A stretch of 64,000 nt of DNA from an uncultured Rhizobacter sp. (GCA_966212105.1 CBIHPH010000004.1:6935-70934), one strand, 5' to 3'. Positions 1 to 10,786 are shown, numbered from the stretch's first letter. Numbers and translations are program-made. The notes: generated from the sequence alone by a model not told the origin.

Positions 1-924
1 CGACTCGCCGTCGGAGATGCGACGGATGGTTTCGGCGAACAGGAAGGCGACGGACAGTTGGCGCACCTTGGGGCAGGCCTTGCCCTCTTCGCTCAGCGGA
101 ATGGTGTTGGTGATCACCACTTCGTCGAGCTGCGAGCCCTTGATGCGTTCGATGGCCGGGCCCGAGAACACGGCGTGCGTGCAGTACGCGTACACGCTCT
201 TGGCACCGCGCTCCTTGAGCACTTCGGCGGCCTTCACGAGGGTGCCGGCGGTGTCGATCATGTCATCCATGATCACGCAGTTGCGGTTCTCGATGTCGCC
301 GATGACGTGCATGACCTCGGACACGTTGGCCTTCGGGCGGCGCTTGTCGATGATGGCCAGGTCACAGCCGAGTTGCTTGGCCAGGGCGCGCGCGCGCACC
401 ACGCCGCCGACATCGGGCGACACGACCACGAGGTCGGGGTAGCGCTTGCTCTGCACATCTGCCAGCAGCACGGGCGAGGCGTAGATGTTGTCGACCGGGA
501 TGTTGAAGAAGCCCTGGATCTGGTCGGCGTGCAGGTCCATCGTGAGCAGGCGCTCGACGCCGACGGCCTCCAGCATGTTGGCAACGACCTTCGCGCTGAT
601 GGGCACGCGGGTGGAACGCGGGCGGCGGTCCTGGCGGGCGTAGCCGAAGTAGGGAATCACGGCGGTGACGCGGCGGGCGGAGGCCCGTTTGAGCGCGTCG
701 ACCATGATGCAGAGTTCCATCAGGTTTTCGTTGGTGGGCGCACAGGTGGGCTGCACCACGAAGATGTCGCGCGCGCGAACGTTCTGCTGGATCTCGATGG
801 CCACTTCACCGTCGGAGAAACGGCCGACGGATGCCTTGCCGAGTTCGATGCCGAGATGGGATGCCATTTCCTGCGCGAGCGCGGGGTTGGCATTGCCGGT
901 GAACAGAACGGTGTTGAAAAGCAC
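1..924 (-). CDS. prs: Ribose-phosphate pyrophosphokinase (3' end runs off the window)
   Basis: Manual translation of the minus strand from GTG at 924 (GGAGGG RBS upstream): [14 protein letters not shown]...GRFSDGE...[11 protein letters not shown]...[11 protein letters not shown]...[13 protein letters not shown]...[10 protein letters not shown]. Conserved lolB-ispE-tRNAGln-prs order. Confidence 0.97.
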   Translation of the reverse strand, partial: MLFNTVLFTGNANPALAQEMASHLGIELGKASVGRFSDGEVAIEIQQNVRARDIFVVQPTCAPTNENLMELCIMVDALKRASARRVTAVIPYFGYARQDRRPRSTRVPISAKVVANMLEAVGVERLLTMDLHADQIQGFFNIPVDNIYASPVLLADVQSKRYPDLVVVSPDVGGVVRARALAKQLGCDLAIIDKRRPKANVSEVMHVIGDIENRNCVIMDDMIDTAGTLVKAAEVLKERGAKSVYAYCTHAVFSGPAIERIKGSQLDEVVITNTIPLSEEGKACPKVRQLSVAFLFAETIRRISDGES

Positions 925-1080
925 ATTCCCTCCGTCGAGGCTGTTTGTGGGCGCATTCACGGTCACAGCGCGCCCTTTCATTTCAGCTGCGGTATGCCGG
1001 GATCGGCACGGGAAATCGTTTCACCTGACTTCAATGAGTGCCCTTGGAGGGCGAGCCACTGAAGCTCATTCTCGAATGGG

Positions 1081-1157
1081 TGGCAGGGGAAGAAGGATTC
1101 GAACCTTCGCATGTCGGAATCAAAATCCGATGCCTTAACCAACTTGGCGACTCCCCT
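1081..1157 (-). tRNA. tRNA-Gln (TTG)
   Basis: Reverse complement AGGGGAGTCGCCAAGTTGGTTAAGGCATCGGATTTTGATTCCGACATGCGAAGGTTCGAATCCTTCTTCCCCTGCCA: cloverleaf, anticodon TTG, TTCGAAT T-loop, CCA end. Confidence 0.96.
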
Positions 1158-1186
1158 ACACAGGTGCCTTGCTTGCGCATTGCACC

Positions 1187-2074
1187 TCAAACCTGATCGT
1201 CTGTTGCCCAACCCCGCAAGGGGTGTTGCACCAGACTGCGGCACATTCTTCCAACCCAGCCTTCGGGATATTCCGAAGGCAGCAACGCAGTGGGTTGATC
1301 ACCTGTGCCTGCCCTTGCGAACACTGCGCTGCCGGAACCGGTCATGCGGCTGTTGCCGAACCGTTCTGCCAGCACCCGGGCGACTTTCGTCACGTCGGGG
1401 CATTCGACTTCTGCCGGGGGCTGCATCACATTGCAACCGTATCCGTTCAGAAGGCTTTGAATGCCTGCATCAGCAAGGAAGCTCGCAACTTTATCAGCAT
1501 TATGACCGCGCGCCAAGAGGGGACTTGCAAAAATCGCACGTGTCTCGATGCCTGCTGCCGGCTTCATCACTGCAAACCACTGGCGGGGCAGCGTCAGCGG
1601 GGTGAGGCACTCGCCGATGCCCTCGACGAAGGCGTTCTGGCCGCCAATGAAAAACGGCACGTCGGCGCCGAGCGACAAGCCCAGGGCCATGAGCCGTGAT
1701 CGAGGCCAGTCGAGTCCCCACAGGCGATTCAACGCGAGCAACGTGCTGGCGGCGTCGGAGCTCCCGCCGCCCATGCCCGCGCCCCATGGCACCTGCTTGT
1801 CGATCGAGATGTCAGCGCCGTACGGTGTTCCGCAAGCCGATTGCAAGGCCCGCGCGGCGCGCAGGCACAGGTCGTCTTCGGGGAGGGGGGTGGTCAGGTC
1901 GTGCCGGGCGATGCGGCCGTCATTGCGGCGTTCGAAGTGCAGCGTGTCGCACCAGTCGATCAGCACGAACACCGACTGCAGCAGATGGTAGCCATCGGGG
2001 CGCCGCCCCACGATGTGCAGGAACAGGTTCAGCTTGGCCGGCGCGGCCACATCGGTCAATGTCTGCAGACTCAT
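1187..2074 (-). CDS. ispE: 4-(cytidine 5'-diphospho)-2-C-methyl-D-erythritol kinase
   Basis: APAKLNLFLHIVGRRPDGYHLLQS, GMGGGSSDAA, LGADVPFF and MTGSGS motifs. Confidence 0.97.
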   Translation of the reverse strand: MSLQTLTDVAAPAKLNLFLHIVGRRPDGYHLLQSVFVLIDWCDTLHFERRNDGRIARHDLTTPLPEDDLCLRAARALQSACGTPYGADISIDKQVPWGAGMGGGSSDAASTLLALNRLWGLDWPRSRLMALGLSLGADVPFFIGGQNAFVEGIGECLTPLTLPRQWFAVMKPAAGIETRAIFASPLLARGHNADKVASFLADAGIQSLLNGYGCNVMQPPAEVECPDVTKVARVLAERFGNSRMTGSGSAVFARAGTGDQPTALLPSEYPEGWVGRMCRSLVQHPLRGWATDDQV

Positions 2075-2123
2075 GAAGGAATGGTTGTTCGCCGCACGGC
2101 TTTGCGGTGCGGCAGGGCCTTGT

Positions 2124-2657
2124 TCACGGTTCCACCTGGGCCCGCACAGTCACCTTCGGCGGGCGGGCACGCTGTGCGGTGACCCAGCCGTCGCTCAGGC
2201 GACCCAGCCGAACGGACCAGCCGAGCTGATCGAAACCGGCTTCGGCTGGAGGCGTGGTGGGTTCGCTCGGCGCTCCCGGCCACGGGCGGCCGCGGAGCCA
2301 GTCGAACAGTGCGGCCACCGGCAGGCTTTCGCCGAGCATTTCGCGGGTGAGGGTGTCCAGGTCGCCGTAGCGCGTCTCGCCGTCAGACGTGACGAGGCGG
2401 ACATCGTCGGGGGACCAGTCGGCGCGGGCCACCACGGTGCCCAGCGGCGAGGTGAGGTTCAGGCGGCCGGCCGTGCTGCTGCCCGTGAGCTCGAATCCGG
2501 CACTCACGGCCCGAGCCGGCTGGGCGCCGTCGGCGTCCACCTTGACCGCCAGGCGGCCGGAGAGCGTCTCGCCAGGCGGGCCGGGCTGAGTGACGGTCAC
2601 GCACGCCGAAAGCATGGCTGCGAAGGCGCAGGCCAGAAGGGGGGCTCTGCGGATCAC
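2124..2657 (-). CDS. lolB: Outer-membrane lipoprotein insertase LolB
   Basis: Lipobox LSAC, LTSPLG and LPVAALFDWLRGRP motifs; lies upstream of ispE. Confidence 0.88.
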   Translation of the reverse strand: MIRRAPLLACAFAAMLSACVTVTQPGPPGETLSGRLAVKVDADGAQPARAVSAGFELTGSSTAGRLNLTSPLGTVVARADWSPDDVRLVTSDGETRYGDLDTLTREMLGESLPVAALFDWLRGRPWPGAPSEPTTPPAEAGFDQLGWSVRLGRLSDGWVTAQRARPPKVTVRAQVEP

Positions 2658-4462
2658 AGGTCGACCTTCAGGCGGGCCAGCGTGTCGCGCAGCACATCAT
2701 TTGTCGCGTCTCGTTGCTGCACTTCGCGCAGGATGCGGCGCGCCTCATCGTGTGCTCCCGTGACCCACAGCAATTCGCCCAGGTGGGCACCGATCTCCAC
2801 GTCGGGCCTCAGGCGATAGGCCTGCCTCAGCAGGCGCAAGGCTTCCTGTGGATTGCCCAGGCGGTACTCGACCCAGCCGAGGCTGTCGGTGATGAAGGGC
2901 TCGCCGGGAGAGAGTTGCAGGGCTTTGACGATCAGTTCGCGTGCTTCGGGCAGCCGCAGGTTGCGTTCGGCCAGGGAGTAGCCGAGCGCGTTGTACGCAT
3001 GGTGATGGTCGGGGCGGATTTCGATGACGCGGCGCAGCATCCGCTCCATGTCCTCCAGCCGGTTCAGTTTCTCGGCCATCATGGCCTGTTGATACAGCAG
3101 TTCGGCGTCCTTGGGGTATTTGCTCGTGGCGTCGGCAAGCACCGCTTCGGCGGCCGCCCATTGCTTCGCATTGCTGTACAGCTCGGCTTCGAGAACGAGC
3201 TTCGTGCGGGCGGCTTCGGGCGCGTTCTCAGGCGCCTTGCGGACCATCTCGACCGCCTGCTTGAGCTTGCCCTGTTTGGCGAGCAGGTCGGCCCGCCGCG
3301 CCGCCACGTCCAGTGCGCGTTGAGGATCGGTTACCTTGGAGAGCCAGGCCTCGGCGCCGCGGAAATCGCGTTGTTGCTCGGCCGCGCGCGCCAACAGGAA
3401 ATAGGCTTGTGTGGTGCCCTGGGTGTTGTTGTCCTCGTCGGCTTCATTTTCTTCATCGTCGCTGTTTGACGCGGGCGCGGCCTGCGCGTCGACGGTGCCA
3501 TTTTTCAGATCGGCGAGGTACTTGTTGACGGTGGCGGCGGCGTCGGTCGGCTTCTTCAGGTCGAGCTGCAGGGCAGCCAGTGTGAGCCTCGGGCCGGCGA
3601 GCTGTGGGTCCTGCTGCGTGACGGTCTCCATCTGGGAGGCTGCCTCCGCATACCGCTGCATCGAACTCAGCACTCGCGCATAGAGGATGCGGATGTTCGA
3701 TGTTTCCGGTTTGACCCTCAGGTAGTCCTGCACGATGGCATCGGCCTCCGGTGTGCTGGACATGAGTTCGAGTGCCAGCAAGACCGGTGCTTCGGCTGTT
3801 GGTTCATGGAGATGGGCGGTTCGGGTCAGTTCCAGAGCGCGGTCGATGTTGTCGGCGGCGGCCTGGCTGCGAGCCAGGGCGATGCTGGCGTCCACGCGGG
3901 TGTCCGGTTGCGCGATCCAGGTTTTCAGCACCGGTTCGAGCATCGCGGCGTTGCTCTTGCGGTCGGGGTTGCGCGCGAACCAGCGGGGCAGCGATGCGAA
4001 GGTGCCGGTTCGTTCGCCGCGCGGCGTCAGTTCGAGCATCACCCGCGCGGCGTTGGCGGCCTCCGCGAAGCGGTCCAGCATCACGAGCATCTGCACCTCG
4101 TACCGGGCGGCCAGCACCGAGGTGGGTACCTTTTCACGCCAAGCCTTCACGGCAGCGAGGGCGGACGACCCGTCGCGCATGTCGATCGCGATGTAGACGG
4201 CCCGACGAAACAGCTTCTCATCGAGAGAGGACTTGGCCGCTTCGAGCATCAATTGGAAAGCCACCGGCCCGTTGCCGTTGCGCGCCTCGAGTTCGGCGAC
4301 GAACAGCTGCATGAACATCCTGGCGTTCAGCGGCGAATTGTTGACGATGGCCGGGGCGTCGCCCGGTTGGGTGTCGGGCGACGGCGCCGCGACTGCTGGG
4401 GCCAGCGCGAACGCACAGGCCGTGGCGAGCGCCGCACGAGAGAAAAGAGATAGGGCCCGCAT
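2654..4462 (-). CDS. Exported tetratricopeptide-repeat protein
   Basis: Signal peptide after MRALSL (AGGAG RBS). C-terminal TPRs [14 protein letters not shown]...[11 protein letters not shown]...[11 protein letters not shown]. Usual neighbour of lolB. Confidence 0.88.
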   Translation of the reverse strand: MRALSLFSRAALATACAFALAPAVAAPSPDTQPGDAPAIVNNSPLNARMFMQLFVAELEARNGNGPVAFQLMLEAAKSSLDEKLFRRAVYIAIDMRDGSSALAAVKAWREKVPTSVLAARYEVQMLVMLDRFAEAANAARVMLELTPRGERTGTFASLPRWFARNPDRKSNAAMLEPVLKTWIAQPDTRVDASIALARSQAAADNIDRALELTRTAHLHEPTAEAPVLLALELMSSTPEADAIVQDYLRVKPETSNIRILYARVLSSMQRYAEAASQMETVTQQDPQLAGPRLTLAALQLDLKKPTDAAATVNKYLADLKNGTVDAQAAPASNSDDEENEADEDNNTQGTTQAYFLLARAAEQQRDFRGAEAWLSKVTDPQRALDVAARRADLLAKQGKLKQAVEMVRKAPENAPEAARTKLVLEAELYSNAKQWAAAEAVLADATSKYPKDAELLYQQAMMAEKLNRLEDMERMLRRVIEIRPDHHHAYNALGYSLAERNLRLPEARELIVKALQLSPGEPFITDSLGWVEYRLGNPQEALRLLRQAYRLRPDVEIGAHLGELLWVTGAHDEARRILREVQQRDATNDVLRDTLARLKVDL

Positions 4463-4550
4463 GAATGCTCCTGTAAGCATGATCGATTCTAGCGACCGCC
4501 TGCCACCCGGACGGACGGCGCGCCGGCAAGCCCCTGGCGATAATTCGCGC

Positions 4551-5369
4551 ATGCCGGAACTTCCTGAAGTCGAAACCACGCGCCGCAGCCTGGCGCCGCG
4601 CATCGCCGGTGCAGTGGTCACCGGGGTCCGGCTCGGCAAGCCGTTGCGCTGGCCGCTCGGGTGCGATCCCGAGAGCCTCGTGAACCGCACCGTGGGCGAC
4701 ACGCTGCGCCGCGGCAAATACCTGTGGCTTCCTCTGACAGGGGGTGGCTTATTGATGCATCTGGGCATGTCCGGTTCCCTGGCGTTCCGAGAATGCGTGC
4801 CCGAGCCCCCGGCGGCGCATGATCATTTCGATCTCCGCACGACCTCCGGTACCTTGCGCCTGACCGATCCCAGGCGTTTCGGCGCGGTGGTGTGGTCGAG
4901 CGGCCTCGACGCCGACCCGGCGCGCAAGCTGCTCTCCGAGCTCGGCCTGGAGCCGTTCGATCCAGCATTCACGGGCACCTACCTGCACGCGGCCCTGCAG
5001 CGCCGGCGCGTCGCGATCAAGCTGGCATTGCTGGGCGGCGACATCGTCGTGGGCGCCGGCAACATCTATGCATGCGAGGCATTGTTTGCTGCCGGGATCG
5101 ACCCCCGCACCCCGGCCAACAAGATCAGCCGACCACGGGCCGAGCGCCTGGCCGAAGCCGTGCGTGCCATCCTGACCCAGGCACTCGCGCTCGGCGGCAC
5201 CACGCTGCGCGACTTCAGGGACACGCACGGCATGGCGGGCGCATTCCAGAACCAGGCGCAGGTCTATGGCCGGGAAGGCGCGCCCTGTCTCATTTGCGCA
5301 ACCCCGGTGCGGCGAATCGTGCAGGGCGCGCGTTCAACGTTTTTCTGCCCTGTCTGCCAGCGGCGCTGA
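4551..5369 (+). CDS. mutM: Formamidopyrimidine-DNA glycosylase (Fpg)
   Basis: MPELPEVE N-terminus, RRGKYL, HLGMSG, DPRRFG, GNIYACE and a C-terminal CxxC...CxxC zinc finger. Confidence 0.97.
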   Translation: MPELPEVETTRRSLAPRIAGAVVTGVRLGKPLRWPLGCDPESLVNRTVGDTLRRGKYLWLPLTGGGLLMHLGMSGSLAFRECVPEPPAAHDHFDLRTTSGTLRLTDPRRFGAVVWSSGLDADPARKLLSELGLEPFDPAFTGTYLHAALQRRRVAIKLALLGGDIVVGAGNIYACEALFAAGIDPRTPANKISRPRAERLAEAVRAILTQALALGGTTLRDFRDTHGMAGAFQNQAQVYGREGAPCLICATPVRRIVQGARSTFFCPVCQRR

Positions 5370-5489
5370 ACCAAAAATCCGCACGCAGAACGGCCGATCT
5401 TGGGTGACCAAGTGTTTCGGGTCGCGTGGCGCGATGTTGGCTTGCGATACCATGGCCGATGCGCAAATCTGTCAGGCCCGTTCATTTCC

Positions 5490-7478
5490 ATGGCTTCTTC
5501 CTTCGCAAGCAGTCTTGACGCCCTAGGCCTCTGGAGAGCCAGCCTGGGGCGGCGCCTCGACGATTTCAGCCATTTCCTCGCGCAGCACGACCTGGCCGAC
5601 CCGGCCGCCTCCGAGGCGCTCGACACCCTGCGTCGTGGCCTGGTCAACGAAAAACTCGTCGTGGCTTTCGTTGCCGAGTTCTCTCGCGGCAAATCCGAGC
5701 TGATCAACGCCATCTTCTTCGCCGACACGGGCCGCCGTGTGTTGCCGGCCACCCCGGGGCGCACCACGATGTGCCCGGTGGAGCTGGCCTACGATGTGGA
5801 TGAAGAACCGGCCCTCGCCCTGCTGCCCATCCGCACGCGCCTCGAAGGGCTCCCGCTGTCGGATCTGCGCCGCCAACCCCGCGCCTGGACACACATCCCG
5901 CTCGACGTCTCCCAGCCCGAAAAGCTGTCGGAATCGCTTCAGGAGGTGATGCGCACCCAATGGGTCAGCCAGGATGAAGCACGCGCACTGGGCTTCTGGC
6001 ACGACGACAACCCCGACGACAATCCCCCGCTCGACGACCAGGGCCGGGTCGAGGTGCCGGCCTGGCGCCACGCGATGATCAACTACCCCCACGCCCTGCT
6101 CAAGCGCGGGCTGGTGGTGCTCGACACGCCGGGCCTGAACGCCATCGGTGCCGAACCGGAACTGACGCTGAGCCTGCTGCCTTCGGCCCATGCGATGGTG
6201 TTCATCCTGGGGGCCGATACCGGGGTCACCAAATCCGACCTCGCCATCTGGCGCGATCACCTGGGCTCCCCCACGGCGTCCAGCTATGTGGTCCTCAACA
6301 AGATCGATACGCTGTGCGATCCGCTGGCCACCACCGAGCAGGTGCAGGCGCAGATCGACATGCAGCGCAACAACACGGCCCGTACGCTGGGCATCGCGCC
6401 AGAGCGGGTGTTTCCGCTGTCGGCACGCCAGGCGCTCGCCGCCCGTGTCGATGGCGAACCCGGCAGCCTGGTGGAAAGCCGCGTGCTCGAACTCGAGGCA
6501 GCGCTTGGTGCCCAGTTGCTCCCGCAGCGGCGCGACGTGCTGCAGGCCAGCGTCATCGACGCCGTGATGCGCGCCGAAGCGGTCGTCACCCGTCGCCTCG
6601 GCGACCGGCGCCGCCAGTTGGCCGAGCAACTGCTCGAACTTCGCGGCCTGCGCGGCAAGAGCGGCGCGAAGACGCGCCTGATGATCGAGCGCGTGGATGC
6701 CGAAACACATGAGTTCGAGCAATGCACTGCGAGGCTTCAGGCCATGCGCATGGTTCACAGCCGCATGCTCAAGAATGCGCTGGTCGATCTGACAAGCGAC
6801 CGCCTGCGGGAAGAAGTCACCGAGATGCAGACGGCGATGAACGCGTCCCTGCTCAATCTCGGTGCCAAGAAGGCATTCATGGCCTTGTGCACCCGCTTGC
6901 GCGACCTGCTCGAAGCGACGCAAAAGCGCGGCATCGAGATCCACACCATGTTGGCCGCCTCGTTCGCGAAGCTCAACGCCGAATTCGGCTTCTCGCTGTC
7001 GGTGAGCCCGATGCCTGACCTGGGCCGTTTCGTTCAGGAGCTGGCGCTCATCCAGCGCAACTACGTCCAATACCTGGGCCTCACGCAGGCGCTGCGCCTG
7101 TCGCAGACCAAGTTCATGGAGCAGTTCCGCCGCATGCTGATGTCCAAGCTGCGCGTGGTATTCGAGAATGCCAGCGGCGAACTGGAGCTGTGGAACAAGA
7201 TGGCTTCGTCACAGGTGGATTCACAGCTTCGTGAACGCCGCCGCAGCTTCCGCCGCCGGCGTGAAGCGCTCGAGCGCATCCAGGCCGCGTCTGGCGAGCT
7301 CGAGCACCGCCTGAGCGAATTGGAAGCCCAGGATGCCCAACTGCAACTGCAGGTGACGCGCTGCGCCGAATTGGTGGCCAAGCTGAAACACCATGCGCAG
7401 CTGGACCCGGCCACGTTCGGCGAATCGGGGCACGGCCAGCTGCAGGACACCGAAACGCGCCTGGCCGCGCAGGCCTGA
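5490..7478 (+). CDS. Bacterial dynamin-like GTPase
   Basis: G1 AEFSRGKS, G2 GRTT, G3 DTPG, G4 NKID, followed by a long helical/coiled-coil C-terminus. Confidence 0.85.
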   Translation: MASSFASSLDALGLWRASLGRRLDDFSHFLAQHDLADPAASEALDTLRRGLVNEKLVVAFVAEFSRGKSELINAIFFADTGRRVLPATPGRTTMCPVELAYDVDEEPALALLPIRTRLEGLPLSDLRRQPRAWTHIPLDVSQPEKLSESLQEVMRTQWVSQDEARALGFWHDDNPDDNPPLDDQGRVEVPAWRHAMINYPHALLKRGLVVLDTPGLNAIGAEPELTLSLLPSAHAMVFILGADTGVTKSDLAIWRDHLGSPTASSYVVLNKIDTLCDPLATTEQVQAQIDMQRNNTARTLGIAPERVFPLSARQALAARVDGEPGSLVESRVLELEAALGAQLLPQRRDVLQASVIDAVMRAEAVVTRRLGDRRRQLAEQLLELRGLRGKSGAKTRLMIERVDAETHEFEQCTARLQAMRMVHSRMLKNALVDLTSDRLREEVTEMQTAMNASLLNLGAKKAFMALCTRLRDLLEATQKRGIEIHTMLAASFAKLNAEFGFSLSVSPMPDLGRFVQELALIQRNYVQYLGLTQALRLSQTKFMEQFRRMLMSKLRVVFENASGELELWNKMASSQVDSQLRERRRSFRRRREALERIQAASGELEHRLSELEAQDAQLQLQVTRCAELVAKLKHHAQLDPATFGESGHGQLQDTETRLAAQA

Positions 7479-7493
7479 CCTTCCCGTTGCTGC

Positions 7494-8600
7494 TTGTCGC
7501 TCTTGTCGCCGTTGTCCGAGCCGCCCCGTCCTGCTGATTCGAGTGCCCGGTTCGCCGAGCCATTGATCGCATGGCAGCGTGCCCATGGGCGACACACGCT
7601 GCCATGGCAGCAAACCACCGACCCGTACCGCGTCTGGTTGTCCGAGATCATGCTGCAGCAGACGCAGGTGGCCACCGTGCTGGGCTACTACGCGCGGTTT
7701 CTGCAGCGTTTCCCTGATGTTCGCGCGCTGGCCGTGGCGCCGCAGGACGACGTGCTCGCCATGTGGAGCGGTCTCGGGTACTACAGCCGCGCTCGCAACA
7801 TGCACGCCTGTGCCAAGGCGGTGGTGGACCGGTTCGAAGGCGAGTTTCCGCGCACCAGCGCGCTGCTGGAGACGCTGCCCGGCATCGGCCGGTCCACAGC
7901 GGCAGCCATCGCGGCATTCTGTTTTAAGGAACGGGTGGCCATTCTCGACGGCAACGTCAAGCGGGTGCTGACCAGGTTTCTTGCCTACGACGCCGACCTT
8001 GCGGTCGCCTCCAACGAGCGGGCACTATGGTCCATGGCGACCGACATGCTGCCATCCGACGGCATCGAGCCGTACACCCAGGGCATCATGGACCTCGGGG
8101 CCACCGTGTGCCTGGTGCGGTCGCCCCAGTGTCTCTTGTGCCCCGTCCAGGCCGATTGCCGAGGACGCCGCGAGGGGAGGCCGGAACGCTACCCCGTCAA
8201 GAGCCGCAAGCTCAAGCGAAGCCAGCGCGAAAACATCTGGCTGTGGCTCGCATGGAAGGACCAGATCTGGTTGACGCAACGGCCCGATTCGGGTGTCTGG
8301 GCCGGCTCGTGGAGCTTTCCCGAGTTCGCCTCCCTGGAGGCATTGCGGTCTGCCGCGGCCCAATGGCCCGGTGAGGCAAAGCCTCTCGAATCGTTCAAGC
8401 ATGTGCTCACCCACCTGGATTGGACGCTTCATCCTGTGCAGTGGACGCTGCCCGAGCGCAGCACGGCTCAGGCGATCGCAACGGTCACCGCAGGCCTGCT
8501 TCCAGGTCGCTGGGTCGGTGTTGATCAGGCACTCTCGATGGGGGTGCCGTCGGCCTTGCGCAAGCTGTTGTTGCGTGAGTCTGGAACAGTGCCAGGGTGA
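7494..8600 (+). CDS. mutY: A/G-specific adenine DNA glycosylase (start uncertain)
   Basis: LPWQ...PYRVWLSEIMLQQTQV, GLGYYSRARN, HhH LPGIGRSTA, DGNVKRVL and the 4Fe-4S motif CLVRSPQCLLCPVQADC. Confidence 0.96.
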   Translation: MSLLSPLSEPPRPADSSARFAEPLIAWQRAHGRHTLPWQQTTDPYRVWLSEIMLQQTQVATVLGYYARFLQRFPDVRALAVAPQDDVLAMWSGLGYYSRARNMHACAKAVVDRFEGEFPRTSALLETLPGIGRSTAAAIAAFCFKERVAILDGNVKRVLTRFLAYDADLAVASNERALWSMATDMLPSDGIEPYTQGIMDLGATVCLVRSPQCLLCPVQADCRGRREGRPERYPVKSRKLKRSQRENIWLWLAWKDQIWLTQRPDSGVWAGSWSFPEFASLEALRSAAAQWPGEAKPLESFKHVLTHLDWTLHPVQWTLPERSTAQAIATVTAGLLPGRWVGVDQALSMGVPSALRKLLLRESGTVPG

Positions 8601-8607
8601 TCTCGCC

Positions 8608-8631
8608 GCCGCCCCTCTTCAGAGGGGTGGC
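8608..8631 (+). terminator. Possible terminator hairpin after mutY
   Basis: GCCGCCCCTC-TTCA-GAGGGGTGGC stem-loop 7 nt after the stop codon; the U-tract is weak. Confidence 0.35.
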
Positions 8632-8707
8632 TTGGAAACGTGAAATTGTTCATGCTTCGCGGCCTCGAGCGTCCATCGGGCGACGATCGACTCCCAACCG
8701 TTGAATC

Positions 8708-10282
8708 ATGAGCCAATCCATCAACTTCTCATTGCGCGCCATTGCGTCAGCCCTGGCCCTGTCGCTTTTCCTCACCGCTTGCGGCGGCGGGGACGGCGCC
8801 TCGTCGAACACCTCCGAAACACCACAGGCCACCGTCGCAGGCACCGTGCTCGATGCACGCACGGGGAGCCCTGTCGTCGGTGCCACGGTTGCTGCGGGCA
8901 ACCAGTCCACCACCACCGATGCCAACGGCAAGTTCACCCTGCTCACCATGGCGAACCCGCAAGCGGCAGTGAAGGTGTCGAAGGCTTCCTATGCCGAGAA
9001 CGTCGTGATCGCCAACGCGGTGGATCAGCAGACAGCCACCATCACTGCGCAGCTGCTGCCGGTGGCTGTTTCCACCTCCATTGACGCAGCGGCCGGCGGC
9101 ACCGTGACGGTGCCCGGCTCGGTGGCACAGGTCGTGTTGCCGCCCGCGTCGCTGGTGCGTGCCGATGGCCTGCCGATCTCGGGGGCTGTCACTGTTTCCG
9201 TCACGCCGATCGACCCGGCCGTGAACACGGCCTACATGCCCGGTGATTTCCGGGCGCGCACGTCCACGGGCACGTTGTCTCAAATCGAGAGCTACGGCGC
9301 GATGACCGTGACCTTGACCGACACCACCGGCGCGAAGGTGAATCTTGCCGCTGGCAAGAGCGCCACCATCCGCATCCCGCTGGCCACCCGCGGCACGGCC
9401 ACGCCCACCATTCCGCTCTTCTGGTTCGACACCGCTTCGGGCCTGTGGATCGAGGAAGGCACGGCGACGCTCAAAGGCGCCTCGCCGAACCAGTATTACG
9501 AAGGCACCGTCACCCACTTCACCACCTGGAACGCCGACCAGTACTACAACACCGTCACCGTCAGCGGTTGCCTGAAGGACGAGGCTGGCGCCCTGGTGGC
9601 CGGGGCAAAGATCGTCTCTGACGGCATCGACTACTCCGGCACCGCTTCGGTCTTCACCGACGGCACCGGCAATTTCCGCGTCCCAATGAAGCGCCTGGGC
9701 ACGGGCACGCTGACCGCCCAGAGCGGGGTTCGCTTTTCCAACACGCTGTCGGTGGGCCCGAGCAGTGTCGACTTTGCGGCCCTGCCTGAGGGCCAGTGCC
9801 TCGTGCTCAGCAGCGTCAACAGTGGCTTGACCATCAAGCTGACCTGGGGGCGTGCTCCGTCGGATGTCGATTCCCACTTGTTCGCTCCGAACGGCCAGCA
9901 CGTCTACTACGGGACCGAAGGCAGCCTGACTGCCGCCCCGTTCGCTGCACTCGATGTGGATGACACGACCAGCTACGGTCCTGAGGTGGTGACGGTGCGT
10001 CGCCTCATGGTCGGCACGTACCGGTATGCGGTGCACAACTTCAGCAACACGCATGAACCGGGCATCACTGCGTCGCCGACGCGCGTCGAGCTCAACAGCA
10101 ACGGGAACGTGTCCGTGTTCGCTCCCCCGGCGGGAGAGGTGGCGGCCAGCCGGTGGTGGAACGTGTTCAGCTTTACGGTAGACGCGCAATGCCACATCAC
10201 GGTGACCCCGGTCAACACGTGGGACACCGCGGCGCCCGCGCCGTCTCCGACTGCGGAGCCGACGTACTGCACGGCGCCTTGA
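8708..10282 (+). CDS. Secreted lipoprotein with carboxypeptidase-regulatory-like beta-sandwich domains and a C-terminal YfaP/DUF2135-like domain
   Basis: Lipobox LTAC-GGG; VAGTVLDARTGSPVVGATV...TTTDANGKF; Thr/Val-rich; C-terminal LTW...DVDSHL...LDVDDTTSYGPE. Confidence 0.7.
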   Translation: MSQSINFSLRAIASALALSLFLTACGGGDGASSNTSETPQATVAGTVLDARTGSPVVGATVAAGNQSTTTDANGKFTLLTMANPQAAVKVSKASYAENVVIANAVDQQTATITAQLLPVAVSTSIDAAAGGTVTVPGSVAQVVLPPASLVRADGLPISGAVTVSVTPIDPAVNTAYMPGDFRARTSTGTLSQIESYGAMTVTLTDTTGAKVNLAAGKSATIRIPLATRGTATPTIPLFWFDTASGLWIEEGTATLKGASPNQYYEGTVTHFTTWNADQYYNTVTVSGCLKDEAGALVAGAKIVSDGIDYSGTASVFTDGTGNFRVPMKRLGTGTLTAQSGVRFSNTLSVGPSSVDFAALPEGQCLVLSSVNSGLTIKLTWGRAPSDVDSHLFAPNGQHVYYGTEGSLTAAPFAALDVDDTTSYGPEVVTVRRLMVGTYRYAVHNFSNTHEPGITASPTRVELNSNGNVSVFAPPAGEVAASRWWNVFSFTVDAQCHITVTPVNTWDTAAPAPSPTAEPTYCTAP

Positions 10283-10318
10283 GCGGACTTGTGGGCCCGG
10301 GCGACCGCCCCCCCACAG

Positions 10319-10774
10319 CGACCGGTGGGTACCGACTTTCGTCGGTATGACTGATCCGGGTGCCCAGGCCAGGACCACCGGCTTTCCAATATCGTGTCAC
10401 CCCGGCGAAAGCCGGGGCCCACATCGACCGGTAGGTACCGACTTTCGTCGGTATGACGGATCGGGGTGCCCAGGCCAGGACCACCGGCTTTCCAATATCG
10501 TGTCACCCCGGCGAAAGCCGGGGCCCACGTCGACCGGTGGGTACCGACTTTCGTCGGTATGACGGATCGGGGTGTTCAGGCCAGGACCACCGGCTTTCCA
10601 ATGTCGTGTCACCCTGGCGAAAGCCGGGCCCACGTCGACCGGTAGGTACCGACTTTCGTCGGTATGACGGATGGGGGTGTCCAGGCCAGGACCACCGGCT
10701 TTCCCATATTGTGTCACCCCGGCGAAAGCCGGGGCCCACATCGACCGGTAGGTACCGACTTTCGTCGGTATGAC
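10319..10774. repeat. Tandem array (106-bp period, about 4.3 units) of inverted REP doublets, BIME-like
   Basis: Forward REPs GTCACCCCGGCGAAAGCCGGGGCCCA start at 10396, 10502, 10608 and 10713. Reverse REPs T(G/A)GGTACCGACTTTCGTCGGTATGAC start at 10326, 10432, 10538, 10643 and 10749. Linkers are near-identical (10 bp and 44 bp). The array lies between convergent genes. Confidence 0.95.
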
Positions 10775-10786
10775 GGAGCTGGGGGG

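Noticed and set aside
10319..10774. CRISPR or other guide-RNA array
   Set aside because: The sequences between the palindromes are near-identical from unit to unit rather than unique spacers, there are no cas-like genes nearby, and the same palindromes are dispersed elsewhere as REPs.
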